In this document: positions 52,649 to 62,132 of the stretch, in pieces | Numbering within the stretch: the stretch's first letter is position 1 | How the letters are laid out: each line of letters starts with the position of its first letter | The notes under the pieces: generated by a model | Seen by the model: only the letters and a program-made list of their open reading frames with translations | What the model was told of the DNA's origin: nothing | Database searches by the model: none | NCBI GenBank assembly: GCA_041675505.1 | Contig: JBAYTR010000005.1 | Span: 53,871 to 117,870, forward strand | Origin: Bacteroidia bacterium | Lineage (GTDB): Bacteria; Bacteroidota; Bacteroidia; UKL13-3 | Reading direction: 5' to 3' | DNA length: 64,000 bases | Made by a program: the position numbers and the translations under genes

Positions 52649-53080
52649 ATGAACACACAAATTCAGGTTATCAATCAGGTGCTGCATTTACTGGGTAAAG
52701 TCAACACATTGGAAGTTACAGATGAATTCAGTTATGAGGCACTGGAAGATTTCAGAGTTACATATGTGTATGCAGAAGAGCTGGGTGAAATTATCTACAA
52801 AGGTCGCATGGCACTTGTGCAACGTGATACCGAAAAACTGAGCAACGTACTTCGCCAGTTGATTAAGCACCCTGCCTTTAAACATGACGGTTCGCGCAAA
52901 TTGCTGGCGGACTGCATTGAACTGATGCACGAAGACAGGTTGCTGTTGCTTACCTCTATGCCGGTACGCAAAATTTTACTGGCCTGCCACAAGAGCATAC
53001 AAAACCATTTGGGCATACTCATCATCAAAGGCGAAATCCGTTTTCACCTGATGCAGGCCAGCATTGAAGAATTAGCTTAA
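52649..53080 (+). CDS. Hypothetical protein, divergent from the WYL regulator
   Basis: ORF only. Confidence 0.4.
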   Translation: MNTQIQVINQVLHLLGKVNTLEVTDEFSYEALEDFRVTYVYAEELGEIIYKGRMALVQRDTEKLSNVLRQLIKHPAFKHDGSRKLLADCIELMHEDRLLLLTSMPVRKILLACHKSIQNHLGILIIKGEIRFHLMQASIEELA

Positions 53081-53106
53081 TCAATCAACTCTTAAAATCC
53101 ATACTT

Positions 53107-53754
53107 ATGCAAGACAACCGCAGTACTCAACTGATGTTTCGCGAGGCGTTACATCTCTACCACCAGGAGCAATTTACCCGTGCTTTTCAGCAACTGGAAA
53201 TTATACTGGCCCTACAGCCCGCCCACATGCCGGCTAAATACCAACAGGCTTTGTGCAAAATACATTTAGGGCAGGAGGAAGAGGCTTACCATGATTTATT
53301 GCAACTGGTGGAGCAGGATCCGGATCATCATCAGGCACTGTCGCAACTGGCGCAGGTATGCTTTAGTCTGGGTGATAAAACCATGGCACTGGTGCATATT
53401 CACCGGGCACTGGAAAGTGATTGCGATGAAATTAACAGAGCCGAGTACTACTTTATCGCTACCAACTTTTACAGCCTGAGCGGTGAAACGGAAATGGCGC
53501 TGGAGTTTGTGGAACAAGCCATTCAACTGCAACCTTCCAATCAGGAGTACCTGATTAAACGGGCACGTTTGTTTATTAAGCAGCACCAATATGCCTATGC
53601 CTTAAGCTGCCTCAACCAATTGCTCATACAAATGCCTTTTTGCCGCGATGCTTATTTCTTGCGTGCCCTGTGCCGCAAGCAGCTCAACGACAATACGGGT
53701 GCTCACCTGGACATGGAACGTTTTCGTTCCAACCGCTGTGAGTTACCTTCTTAA
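53107..53754 (+). CDS. TPR-repeat protein
   Basis: Several 34-aa repeats with the 'A..Y..AL' pattern. Confidence 0.6.
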   Translation: MQDNRSTQLMFREALHLYHQEQFTRAFQQLEIILALQPAHMPAKYQQALCKIHLGQEEEAYHDLLQLVEQDPDHHQALSQLAQVCFSLGDKTMALVHIHRALESDCDEINRAEYYFIATNFYSLSGETEMALEFVEQAIQLQPSNQEYLIKRARLFIKQHQYAYALSCLNQLLIQMPFCRDAYFLRALCRKQLNDNTGAHLDMERFRSNRCELPS

Positions 53755-53897
53755 ATTGAAATTTTAGCTTAGCAAATAAAAGATTCTGCCGGGGCCAAGT
53801 GTTTGGGTGAACACGTCCCGTGCAGTTTTTTTGTTTTGGAGGTGGAAGCGTTGGTTGGCGGGGGACGCCAACTACGGACAATTACGAATTCTGTGTT

Positions 53898-54356
53898 TTA
53901 CTTCTTATTTAACGTAGACGTATCCGGATTAAAAAGTACCACCCATTTGTTGTCAACAAACTCAACAAAAAATCCAAATCCTTTGTAATAGTTTTTATCG
54001 TATTTGAACCAGGCTTTGATGTTGTAGGTGCCAAAATCACGTGACATCTTTTCGGCTTCTACACTGTAAATTTCTATGTAGTCAATTTTCAGGTTACGGT
54101 TCAAAGCGGTGTCTAAAAACTCCTGTAAGTGATAGAAGTTGTCTTTTATATCTTGCTCAGTAAATGGTCTGTCGTGATAGGGCCACTTGTACTTGCCGGT
54201 ATGCCATAGGCCGATAAAGGATGCACTGTCAGAACTTTTTAAATGTGTTATGGCTTTTTCCAGTAGCAGCCGGGCTTCTTTCTTAGATATTTTTTGCCCG
54301 AATAAAGTTGTGGACAAGCTCAGGCAAATAATGGCGAGTAGTAGTGCTTTTTTCAT
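53898..54356 (-). CDS. Hypothetical secreted protein (AT-rich islet)
   Basis: Signal peptide 'MKKALLLAIICLSLSTTLFGQ'. The start is set by homology of its 5' leader to the next gene's leader. Confidence 0.5.
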   Translation of the reverse strand: MKKALLLAIICLSLSTTLFGQKISKKEARLLLEKAITHLKSSDSASFIGLWHTGKYKWPYHDRPFTEQDIKDNFYHLQEFLDTALNRNLKIDYIEIYSVEAEKMSRDFGTYNIKAWFKYDKNYYKGFGFFVEFVDNKWVVLFNPDTSTLNKK

Positions 54357-54440
54357 TGTACTAAAATACAAAAAGAGAGCGGTTTCAAAGAGTGTTTCAA
54401 TTTTTTCCTATTAGGTTGGTCAGTGCTGACACGGACCAAA
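54357..54440 (-). repeat. Copy A of a duplicated 5' leader/hairpin module: 'tgtactaaaatacaaaaagagag.ggttt...gtttcaatttttt' plus the hairpin 'ttggtcagtgctgacacggaccaa'
   Basis: Aligns with 55213..55345. Confidence 0.6.
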
Positions 54441-54465
54441 GCAGTACTCATAGTGTGTGTGCCTT

Positions 54466-55212
54466 CTAATGCGGTGGTAGAACATCCCAAAAAACTAAAT
54501 TCGGTTTGCACTTCTTAATCTTTTGAATAGTTGGGTAAATACTCATTCGACTCAAATAAAGTTCTTTGTTTTTTATTTTTGAATCAATAATATTGAATTG
54601 ATGAATGTCGCTCAATTTACAAACATCACATTTAATCTCTGTTATTTGTTTGGTCTCGAATGTGAAACTTTGAAGCTTACTTAGTGTCTCTATCCATTGT
54701 GGTATAACCTGCGATTTTCCTCTATAGCCTAAAAAAGTTAAGCCCAAAAAGGCTGAATCAAATTGGGGAAACGTCAAATTTGGCGCAAACAAGTATAAAA
54801 AGTTCAAGCTGTCACTTACGTTAATCAAGTTGATTCTATCCACCTTGTATCCTCCAAAGATTCCAATTGATTGAAGGTTTTCAAATTTGGCCAAATCTAG
54901 ATTGGTCACAGGCTGATTTAAATTGTCAATCCGAATGCTGATAATTTTATTCAGGTCAATATGTAGTGACAATGCTTCGAAATCAATTGGCTTTGTTGAA
55001 TTAATTACCAACTGACTTATATCTTTTGATTTAATTGAATCTGGTATCTCTGAGATATCGCAATTTGTTAGGTATAGAGCATGATATTTCTCTTTATATA
55101 CAACGCAACTATTCTTGCTTGGAATGTCTTTTTTTGTTGTATTGTCACAAGAAGAGACAATTAACAGAATAAGAACTATGCATAAGGAATTAAAAGTACA
55201 TCTTACTTTCAT
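54466..55212 (-). CDS. Leucine-rich-repeat-like lipoprotein
   Basis: Lipobox 'IVSSC'. Repeated 'L..L.L..N.I' segments. Confidence 0.5.
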   Translation of the reverse strand: MKVRCTFNSLCIVLILLIVSSCDNTTKKDIPSKNSCVVYKEKYHALYLTNCDISEIPDSIKSKDISQLVINSTKPIDFEALSLHIDLNKIISIRIDNLNQPVTNLDLAKFENLQSIGIFGGYKVDRINLINVSDSLNFLYLFAPNLTFPQFDSAFLGLTFLGYRGKSQVIPQWIETLSKLQSFTFETKQITEIKCDVCKLSDIHQFNIIDSKIKNKELYLSRMSIYPTIQKIKKCKPNLVFWDVLPPH

Positions 55213-55345
55213 TGTACTAAAATAGAAAAAAAAGAGAGGTTTTATGAGGCTGTTTCAATTTTTATTTTCTAAATCAATCTTTTCTTGTGCTCAACTTTGG
55301 TTCTTGCAAGCATTGGGGCTTTCGGTTGGTTCGTGTAACACGAAC
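55213..55345 (-). repeat. Copy B of the duplicated leader/hairpin module. Contains a perfect 10-bp palindrome 'ttggttcgtg taa cacgaaccaa'
   Basis: Read directly in the sequence. Confidence 0.6.
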
Positions 55346-55442
55346 CAAAGCGGGGTAATTTGATGTAATTTAACTTTTTTGCCACTTTCGTTTGTTAGTG
55401 CTGTCACAAACAAAAGAAAACGGTGAGTGGATATGTGTTATT

Positions 55443-56168
55443 TCAATAAAGTAAGTCTGCACCGTTTTCTTTTAAGGTATCAATTAATCCTTTTACACCT
55501 TGTTTGATGATTTCTTTTTTAGATTCACTTAAAAATTCCTTTATGAACTTTGTTCCTTGTTTTGCAATTTTCGCCCAAATACTTGTCAACTTTGTGACAA
55601 CCCACTTTTTTGATTTATTAGTAATATGGTCACGAAGGACTATAATGTCTTGCTTTATTTCCTTAATGTCTTTTGTGTTATTTTCAGTTTCAAATTCAGA
55701 TAATCTATTCCCTATCGCTTCCAAGTATTTGTCTAATAGTAAAATCTGATTAGTTTTCAATGGCTTTGATTCTGCTTCTTCGTCTATTATTTCAAATTCA
55801 GCGTAAAACTCTTCTTTAAATGACTTTGTTATTGGGTCATCAAAAAAAGAATTTACGCTTTCGTATTCATTTAATAAATTTGACCAAGCTTCAAATTGCC
55901 CTTTCAAACTTGTTACTTCAACCCAAGTTTGATAACTTCCGCTATCATTAATGTTTCGTGGACACTTTGTTATTAAGAATTGAAATATGTTACTGTTAGT
56001 TTTTTGATAATCTTCGATAGTAAAATGAAACTTTGAATCTAAATCTTTATCAATTATCTTAAGTAAATTTTCTTTTGGCTCAATAACTTCAAATTTGTCA
56101 CCTTTTAAATTGACGAAAGGCTCCAATGCTTTCAAAATTACTAATGGTAAGTCCTTTTTCTTTCTCAT
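55443..56168 (-). CDS. Hypothetical cytoplasmic protein (241 aa, AT-rich, orphan)
   Basis: ORF only. Its K/E-rich composition is unlike the flanking core genes. Confidence 0.45.
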   Translation of the reverse strand: MRKKKDLPLVILKALEPFVNLKGDKFEVIEPKENLLKIIDKDLDSKFHFTIEDYQKTNSNIFQFLITKCPRNINDSGSYQTWVEVTSLKGQFEAWSNLLNEYESVNSFFDDPITKSFKEEFYAEFEIIDEEAESKPLKTNQILLLDKYLEAIGNRLSEFETENNTKDIKEIKQDIIVLRDHITNKSKKWVVTKLTSIWAKIAKQGTKFIKEFLSESKKEIIKQGVKGLIDTLKENGADLLY

Positions 56169-56414
56169 GCTTATTGATGGTTTGTCGTTTTATATGCTTG
56201 GAATTTATATAGACGCCATTCTTAGTTCTTTTGAAAATATTGATTAGATTTCGCAGCCATACCAGATAAATTTTAGGTAAAACTAATCGCATGTATGCAG
56301 AAAAACAAATGTAGAAGATAAGTTCAACTTCGCTATAGCTCCTGTCCCCACGAGCCACTAAAGAAAAATCCGTGGAATCTGTGCAATCAGTGTCGCACTC
56401 CTCTTGTGCAGGAG

Positions 56415-57704
56415 CTATTTCTTTTTCTTCCCCGGTATCTTGTTCAAATCCTCGTGCAGGTCTTTGATGGAGCCAAAGCCAATCACATCTTTCAGCACCG
56501 GGTCTTTGGATAACTCAGCGGCCCGTATAATTTTTTCTGTACCAAAGCGGCCCTTAATGCCGTACACGGTTTTGCGTAATTTGTCTTTGCGGCTGTGGTC
56601 GTCAAACAGGGAATACTGCACCTGTGTATCGGGTACAAAATCACTTACCGTTACGCCCAAAGCTGCCAGTTGGTTGTTGATGATGGGTTGTGTTTGGTGC
56701 TCCTTTTCAAAAGCCTCCATTTTTTGTTTTACTAAGTGCAACAAATCAATGCCGTCCTGCAAGGGTTGGGAGAGAGGGATGCCTGTTCCCCACTCGTAGC
56801 CGTCAATGTAGCGGCAGTAGAGCGATATGTTACGGCAAAATACGCCTTGCTTTACCATGCGCCCTTCCAGTTTGAGGCAAAGGGATAACAACAACTCTTG
56901 CAAGGTTTCCAATTTTTCGCGCTGGTGTTTGGAAATCATGCGTTGCGCGGCCATGCTCTTGTAATCGTGGGTTTCGGTATCTATGGTTACTTCCTGAAAG
57001 TTGAGGCGCTGGTGCCAGTACAAACCCACCACACTGCGGCAAGCCGCTTTAAGTTTTTGCGGAGAGGTATACCGCAGTTCCAGCGGAGTGCGAATGCCTG
57101 CATGCTCCAGTCGCGTGGCCATGCCACGGGCAATGCCGGGCAGATCGGTTAGTTTCATGTTTTTCAGAATACCGTCAATGGTATCGGGCATAATGGTGGT
57201 AAGGCCATCGGGCTTTTTCACATTGGAAGCCAGCTTGGCTAAAAAGGCATTGGGGGCAATGCCAATGGAACAGGTAAGGTAATCGCCCACTTCATTTTTA
57301 ATATCTTTTTTTATTTGTTTGGCCAGCTCTTTCGGGTCTTTGTAAATAAGGTGGTAGCCCGTAAGGTCAATCACGGCTTCATCAATACTTTTGGGAATTA
57401 CCTTATCCGAGTACTTGCGCAACACGTTCATGATTTTGATGTGTATTTCGCGGTACAGGTTAGGATGTGTTTCCACCGCTACAATATCGGGGCACACTTT
57501 TAAAGCCTCGTTCATGCGCATACCACCTTTTACTCCTTTTTTCTTAGCATCAACGGAAGCGGCAATAATGGCGGCAAAACGGTTGAGGTACACACATACG
57601 CCCACAGGTTTTCCGCGCAGTTCAGGGTTTACCTGTTGCTCGCAGGTAGCAAAAAAACTGTTCATGTCCACAAACAGAAAACAAGATTCGGGTGCGCGTT
57701 GCAT
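56415..57704 (-). CDS. dinB: DNA polymerase IV (Y-family)
   Basis: 'FLFVDMNSFFATCEQ', 'KPVGV' and 'SIDEAVIDLTG' are Y-family palm motifs. It has a long C-terminal little-finger domain. Confidence 0.85.
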   Translation of the reverse strand: MQRAPESCFLFVDMNSFFATCEQQVNPELRGKPVGVCVYLNRFAAIIAASVDAKKKGVKGGMRMNEALKVCPDIVAVETHPNLYREIHIKIMNVLRKYSDKVIPKSIDEAVIDLTGYHLIYKDPKELAKQIKKDIKNEVGDYLTCSIGIAPNAFLAKLASNVKKPDGLTTIMPDTIDGILKNMKLTDLPGIARGMATRLEHAGIRTPLELRYTSPQKLKAACRSVVGLYWHQRLNFQEVTIDTETHDYKSMAAQRMISKHQREKLETLQELLLSLCLKLEGRMVKQGVFCRNISLYCRYIDGYEWGTGIPLSQPLQDGIDLLHLVKQKMEAFEKEHQTQPIINNQLAALGVTVSDFVPDTQVQYSLFDDHSRKDKLRKTVYGIKGRFGTEKIIRAAELSKDPVLKDVIGFGSIKDLHEDLNKIPGKKKK

Positions 57705-57869
57705 GTGTGCTTACAGTGGGATAAAATTACTTCTACGGGCTTACAATTGCATCATCAGTTGGCAGGTAAATTTCAACGCGTTAAACAGCAACTGTTTGTA
57801 TTTTTTGTTTGGAGAAAAATAAAACTCTCCCTTTCTTCGCATCCGTTACTCGGTTCTTAGTTCATATAA

Positions 57870-58060
57870 TTTGAACAAAAGATTAATAGGGAATCAGGTG
57901 TAAATCCTGAACAGTTCCCGCTGCTGTAAGTTTCTGCAACGCAAGTTGCAACCTGTTGCCAGCCTTTACGTCACTGTTCACCTTTGGTGGATGGGAAGAC
58001 CGGACAACTGGGGAAATGAGTCAGAAGACCTGCCGCAATAACACAAGTGCATGTAGCTTT
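57870..58060 (+). promoter_or_regulatory. Cobalamin (AdoCbl) riboswitch
   Basis: 'AATAGGGAATCAGGTGTAAATCCTGAACAGTTCCCGCTGCTGTAAG', then 'CACTG..GGGAAG', then the B12 box 'AGTCAGAAGACCTGCC'. It lies about 110 nt upstream of the TonB-dependent receptor. Confidence 0.9.
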
Positions 58061-58171
58061 CGGGAAAAAAGCATAAGGCGTTCTCGGTTCAACCCATTAT
58101 GGTATTACCGTAATTAATCGCAACGAGCAGTCTTTGTTATTTCCTTTGGCTACAGCAATAACTAACGGTTT

Positions 58172-60154
58172 ATGCTGAACGAAAAATACACATGCGACTC
58201 ATTTCAACTCAGGTTACTATTAACCTTACTGAGTGTTGCCTGTGCTGTGTTCCATACCTCAGCACAAACTGATTCCTCCAAACACATACCTGAGGTGACC
58301 ATTACAGCCGTGCGCGGGGAACAGTTGCAAACAGGTGCCAAGGTGCAACAATTTACTCCCGCACAGTTACGTGCATTTGCCACAGCTAACCTGGGCGAAC
58401 TACTTTCAGCCAACACTCCGGTGTTTATTAAAAGTTACGGACCGGGTAGTTTAAGTAGCATTTCTTTTCGGGGTACAGGAGCCTCGCATACCGCAATTGT
58501 GTGGAACGGGTTTAACCTGCAAAGTTCCATGAACGGGCAAACTGATTTGTCCATGTTTCCCATAGGCACCTTTGATGAGGTGAGGTTGCAGTATGGCGGC
58601 AACAGTGCTTTGTACGGAAGTGGTGCAATTGGTGGCAGCATTTATTTGCGCAACACAGCTGCCTTGGTTGATTCACCACAGATGCACTTGGTCTTGCAAG
58701 CCTCTTCGGGAAGCTTTGGTACACAGCAATATTTTGGCAGCTACGGTTATTCAGGCAAAAGGTTTAGTACACAAGTGAAATATTACCGCAATAACTCAGA
58801 TAATAATTATTCTTTTACCAATACCGCAGCTTTTCAATCTCCTGACGTAAAACAAACACATGCGGCCTTTACCCAACAAGGTGTAGTGTTGAATGTCGGT
58901 GGGAGCGTGTCTAAATATACCCGCATCAATGCGTATTACTGGTGGCATAACAACCAACGCGATTTGCCGCCTACTATGTTGCAAAGCACTTCATTGGCTA
59001 CACAAGCGGATGAATCACACCGGGCAGCGATTGATTTTACTTATGGTCGTAACAAATGGCAAAGCATTTTACGCAGCGGATTTTTTCTGGAACAACTTCG
59101 CTACAGCGACCCGATTGCTGGTATTGACAGTAAAAATCGTGCAGTCAATTGGGTGAATGAGTTGGAGCTTTCTTATACCGTTTCACCGATTCTGAAAGTG
59201 ATATCGGGGGTAAACTTTACCACCATCAATGCATCTTCACCCGGCTATTCATCAACTGCTTCTCCTTCCCAAAACAGAACAGCCATTTTCGCAGCTGCCA
59301 GATGGGGGAAGCAAACAGCAGCCTCGCGTTTTAAATCAGACATCTCGGCACGTGCTGAAAATATTTCGGGAGTTTGGGTGCCCGTTACCTTCAGCTTCGG
59401 AACGCAGACAAGGGTAGCTAATAATTTGCACTTTCATACTTTGGTATCACGCAATTACCGTTACCCAACGTTCAATGATTTGTACTGGCAACCCGGTGGC
59501 AATTTACAACTGAAACCGGAGTACAGCTTTAATGCGGAAAGCGGATTGAACTATGTATACACTTTATCAAAGCATCAGTTCAAAGCTAACGTAACGGTGT
59601 TCAGTCATTGGGTTGATAACTGGATTATCTGGATGCCTGATTCCGTTAACCCCAACGTGTGGACTCCCAACAACGCAGCCGAAGTGTGGAGCAGGGGAGT
59701 AGAGTATGGTTTGGGTTATACCTGGCAGCCGAAGTTAAACACAGCTATTTCGGTAAACGCGTTGTATACGTGGCAGCAAGCCACACACGAGAAGGTGGCC
59801 TTTGCAGGAGATGCTGCTTTGCACCGTCAGTTAATTTATATGCCGAGACAAATGGGCTCGTTGCAACTGAGTGTGCAACACAAAAAGTGTCAATTCAGTT
59901 TTCAGCAAGTGTATAACGGTTTGCGTTTTACCAGCAGCGACAATTACAATTACCTGCCAGCATTCTGGTTAAGCAGTGCTCAGCTGTCCTACACCTTTCA
60001 ATTGAAAAAATATCCTGCCTCGGCCCGTGCGTTTGTTTCGGCAAAAAATATGTGGAATGAAAATTACCAGGTGATGTTGTGGCGAGCCATGCCGGGGCGC
60101 TACATAGAAGCAGGTTTACGATTGGAATTACAACATAAAATTAAACATCAATAA
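58172..60154 (+). CDS. btuB: TonB-dependent receptor, probable corrinoid transporter BtuB
   Basis: Signal peptide and plug domain ('VTITAVRGEQL', 'SISFRG'). The C-terminal barrel ends '...RLELQHKIKHQ'. The preceding cobalamin riboswitch supports the BtuB assignment. Confidence 0.75.
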   Translation: MLNEKYTCDSFQLRLLLTLLSVACAVFHTSAQTDSSKHIPEVTITAVRGEQLQTGAKVQQFTPAQLRAFATANLGELLSANTPVFIKSYGPGSLSSISFRGTGASHTAIVWNGFNLQSSMNGQTDLSMFPIGTFDEVRLQYGGNSALYGSGAIGGSIYLRNTAALVDSPQMHLVLQASSGSFGTQQYFGSYGYSGKRFSTQVKYYRNNSDNNYSFTNTAAFQSPDVKQTHAAFTQQGVVLNVGGSVSKYTRINAYYWWHNNQRDLPPTMLQSTSLATQADESHRAAIDFTYGRNKWQSILRSGFFLEQLRYSDPIAGIDSKNRAVNWVNELELSYTVSPILKVISGVNFTTINASSPGYSSTASPSQNRTAIFAAARWGKQTAASRFKSDISARAENISGVWVPVTFSFGTQTRVANNLHFHTLVSRNYRYPTFNDLYWQPGGNLQLKPEYSFNAESGLNYVYTLSKHQFKANVTVFSHWVDNWIIWMPDSVNPNVWTPNNAAEVWSRGVEYGLGYTWQPKLNTAISVNALYTWQQATHEKVAFAGDAALHRQLIYMPRQMGSLQLSVQHKKCQFSFQQVYNGLRFTSSDNYNYLPAFWLSSAQLSYTFQLKKYPASARAFVSAKNMWNENYQVMLWRAMPGRYIEAGLRLELQHKIKHQ

Positions 60155-60156
60155 TC

Positions 60157-61128
60157 ATGAGAAAAACAACTTTACTATTTTTATTCGCTATTCTTTCTGC
60201 GGCAGTTTCTGCTCAAACAGTTGCCAATTTTGAAAATATCACCTTACCTGTCGACAGCTTTTGGGATGGCCGATATGACCAGCAGGCCAAAGGTTTCAGC
60301 AGCGGTAATGCCTTTTTTACCAACATGTGGGATACCTCTTTCGGTGGTTTTTGGGCAGATGGTTTTGCCTGCAGCAATAAAAAAGATACCATCAATGGAA
60401 CCTATACCAATAAGTATTCAGCCATTACTGCCGGTGGCTACAACGCCTCAGCCAACTTTGTTATCGGTCAGCAAAACGCCATAGTGCGTTTAACAGGAAA
60501 CGGAGCAGGTAAAGTAGTGGAAGGTTTTTATGTAACCAACGGAACTTATCCTTACAGCACCATAAAAAACGGAGACAGTTTTTCGAAGAAATTCGGTGGT
60601 GTTACCGGTACTGACCCTGACTTCTTTTTACTGCATGTAGTGGGTTGGCACAACGGTACATTAAAGAACGATACCGTTAAATTTTATCTGGCAGATTTCC
60701 GCTCAACAGACAGCAGCGCTGATTATATCGTAAAAGACTGGCGTTGGGTTAACCTTACTTCACTGGGTAATGTGGATAGCATTAAACTATTTATGACTTC
60801 TTCTGATGTGGGCCAGTGGGGAATTAACACCCCGTTGTTTTACGCCATAGATAATTTTACCACACGCGATATTGCCGCAAGTGTTGCTCCAGTGAAAACC
60901 AACCTTGTTGCTGCGTATCCTAATCCGTTCACTACACAAGTTAGTGTTGCCGTTGAGGTAGCTTCATCTATAGTGCTGTTAGATATCAATGGGAGAGTAG
61001 TATTAAATGAAACCATTTCTGACGCAGGGAAAATCACGTTAAATACCGCTGAAATTGCCGCAGGAATTTACTTTATTCGTGTAAGCAATGTTTACGGACA
61101 AAGCACACAAAAATTAATCAGGTACTAA
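60157..61128 (+). CDS. DUF4465-like (BtuH-like?) protein with a T9SS C-terminal sorting domain
   Basis: The N-terminus 'AQTVANFENITLPVDSFWDG' resembles DUF4465 starts as I recall them. The C-terminal 'AYPNPFTTQVSV...GIYFIRVSNVYGQ' is a type-A T9SS CTD. Confidence 0.5.
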   Translation: MRKTTLLFLFAILSAAVSAQTVANFENITLPVDSFWDGRYDQQAKGFSSGNAFFTNMWDTSFGGFWADGFACSNKKDTINGTYTNKYSAITAGGYNASANFVIGQQNAIVRLTGNGAGKVVEGFYVTNGTYPYSTIKNGDSFSKKFGGVTGTDPDFFLLHVVGWHNGTLKNDTVKFYLADFRSTDSSADYIVKDWRWVNLTSLGNVDSIKLFMTSSDVGQWGINTPLFYAIDNFTTRDIAASVAPVKTNLVAAYPNPFTTQVSVAVEVASSIVLLDINGRVVLNETISDAGKITLNTAEIAAGIYFIRVSNVYGQSTQKLIRY

Positions 61129-62132
61129 TGCGTTTTTACAGTCTGTTTTTTATACTTCTGTTGAGCCTTGGCGGAGCAAATGCACAATTTGCTCCGCAGG
61201 TTGGCAGGCCCGGTTCTACCGCCATTCACAAGGACAATGTGTTGTTTGTGAACTGGGCACAAACCTGCACCGTTAATCGCGGTTACCAGCATGCAGGTAA
61301 TCCGTCTTTGGGTTATCCTACCGTGGGCGATTCGTCTATGGCCGTTGGCAAAGCGGGCACTAACGGAGTGGTGAGTCTGGGAGATGGTGGAAATGCAGTG
61401 CTCACTTTTTATCCTGCTATTAAAAACAAAGCCGGATATGATTTCGCAATTTTCGAAAACGGTTTTCAGTTTATTGCTGATTCAGGTTTGGCGTTTTTGG
61501 AATTTGCTTTTGTAGAAGTGAGTTCAGATGGTCAGTACTTTGTTCGTTTCCCCGCAATAAGTAATATAGATACAAGCGTTCAATGTGACCCTTACGGCAT
61601 CAGCGATGCAGCCAAAGTAGATCAACTGGCCGGTAAGTACGTGTTTCCTTACGGCACCCCGTTTGACTTAGAACTATTGAAAGACACACCGGGTTTAGAT
61701 GTTAACCGCATCACACACATTCGTTTAGTAGATGTGGTGGGCAGTATTGATGCACCCTATGCGCAGCGTGATTCACGCGGAATTATAGTGAATGATCCCT
61801 GGCCCACTGATTTTCCCAACTGTGGTTTTGATGTGGATGCGATAGGAGTGATTAACCAGAACGATCCTAACACTGTGGAGGAAACACTTCAACAGGCACT
61901 TGTTTTATACCCTAATCCTTCTGCAACTCATGCTGCGGTGCGATTACATTTGCCCATGTGGAATATGCCTGCACAGGTAAAAGTCTATGACATCAACGGA
62001 AAAATGGTATTGACCCAACAACTCAACCATGCGGGTGATTACCTCCAAGCTGCTGCATTACCCAAAGGAATATTTTTGGTAGAAGTCGAACAGCAAGGTA
62101 TCACTTACCGCTGCAAATGGATGATTCAATGA
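61128..62132 (+). CDS. Secreted protein of unknown function with a T9SS CTD, in the B12 operon
   Basis: Signal peptide. The C-terminal 'LYPNPSATHAAV...GIFLVEVEQQGITY' is a T9SS CTD. Confidence 0.5.
   Translation: MRFYSLFFILLLSLGGANAQFAPQVGRPGSTAIHKDNVLFVNWAQTCTVNRGYQHAGNPSLGYPTVGDSSMAVGKAGTNGVVSLGDGGNAVLTFYPAIKNKAGYDFAIFENGFQFIADSGLAFLEFAFVEVSSDGQYFVRFPAISNIDTSVQCDPYGISDAAKVDQLAGKYVFPYGTPFDLELLKDTPGLDVNRITHIRLVDVVGSIDAPYAQRDSRGIIVNDPWPTDFPNCGFDVDAIGVINQNDPNTVEETLQQALVLYPNPSATHAAVRLHLPMWNMPAQVKVYDINGKMVLTQQLNHAGDYLQAAALPKGIFLVEVEQQGITYRCKWMIQ

Noticed and set aside
52562-52687. 5' extension of the WYL regulator ORF overlapping the divergent gene
   Set aside because: The HTH begins after internal 'MPINKS'. 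The upstream residues ('CVHTCCYLMIQTKWGSPQP') look like translated intergenic DNA.
53755-53897. Hairpins 'gttggcg-gggga-cgccaac' and an imperfect stem before 'cagttttttt'
   Set aside because: These are likely ordinary convergent terminators for the TPR gene and the 53898 gene. They are too weak to call individually.
56098-56358. 86-aa ORF overlapping the 3' side of the dinB to 55443..56168 spacer
   Set aside because: It overlaps a better-supported gene and intergenic sequence, and it has no start context.
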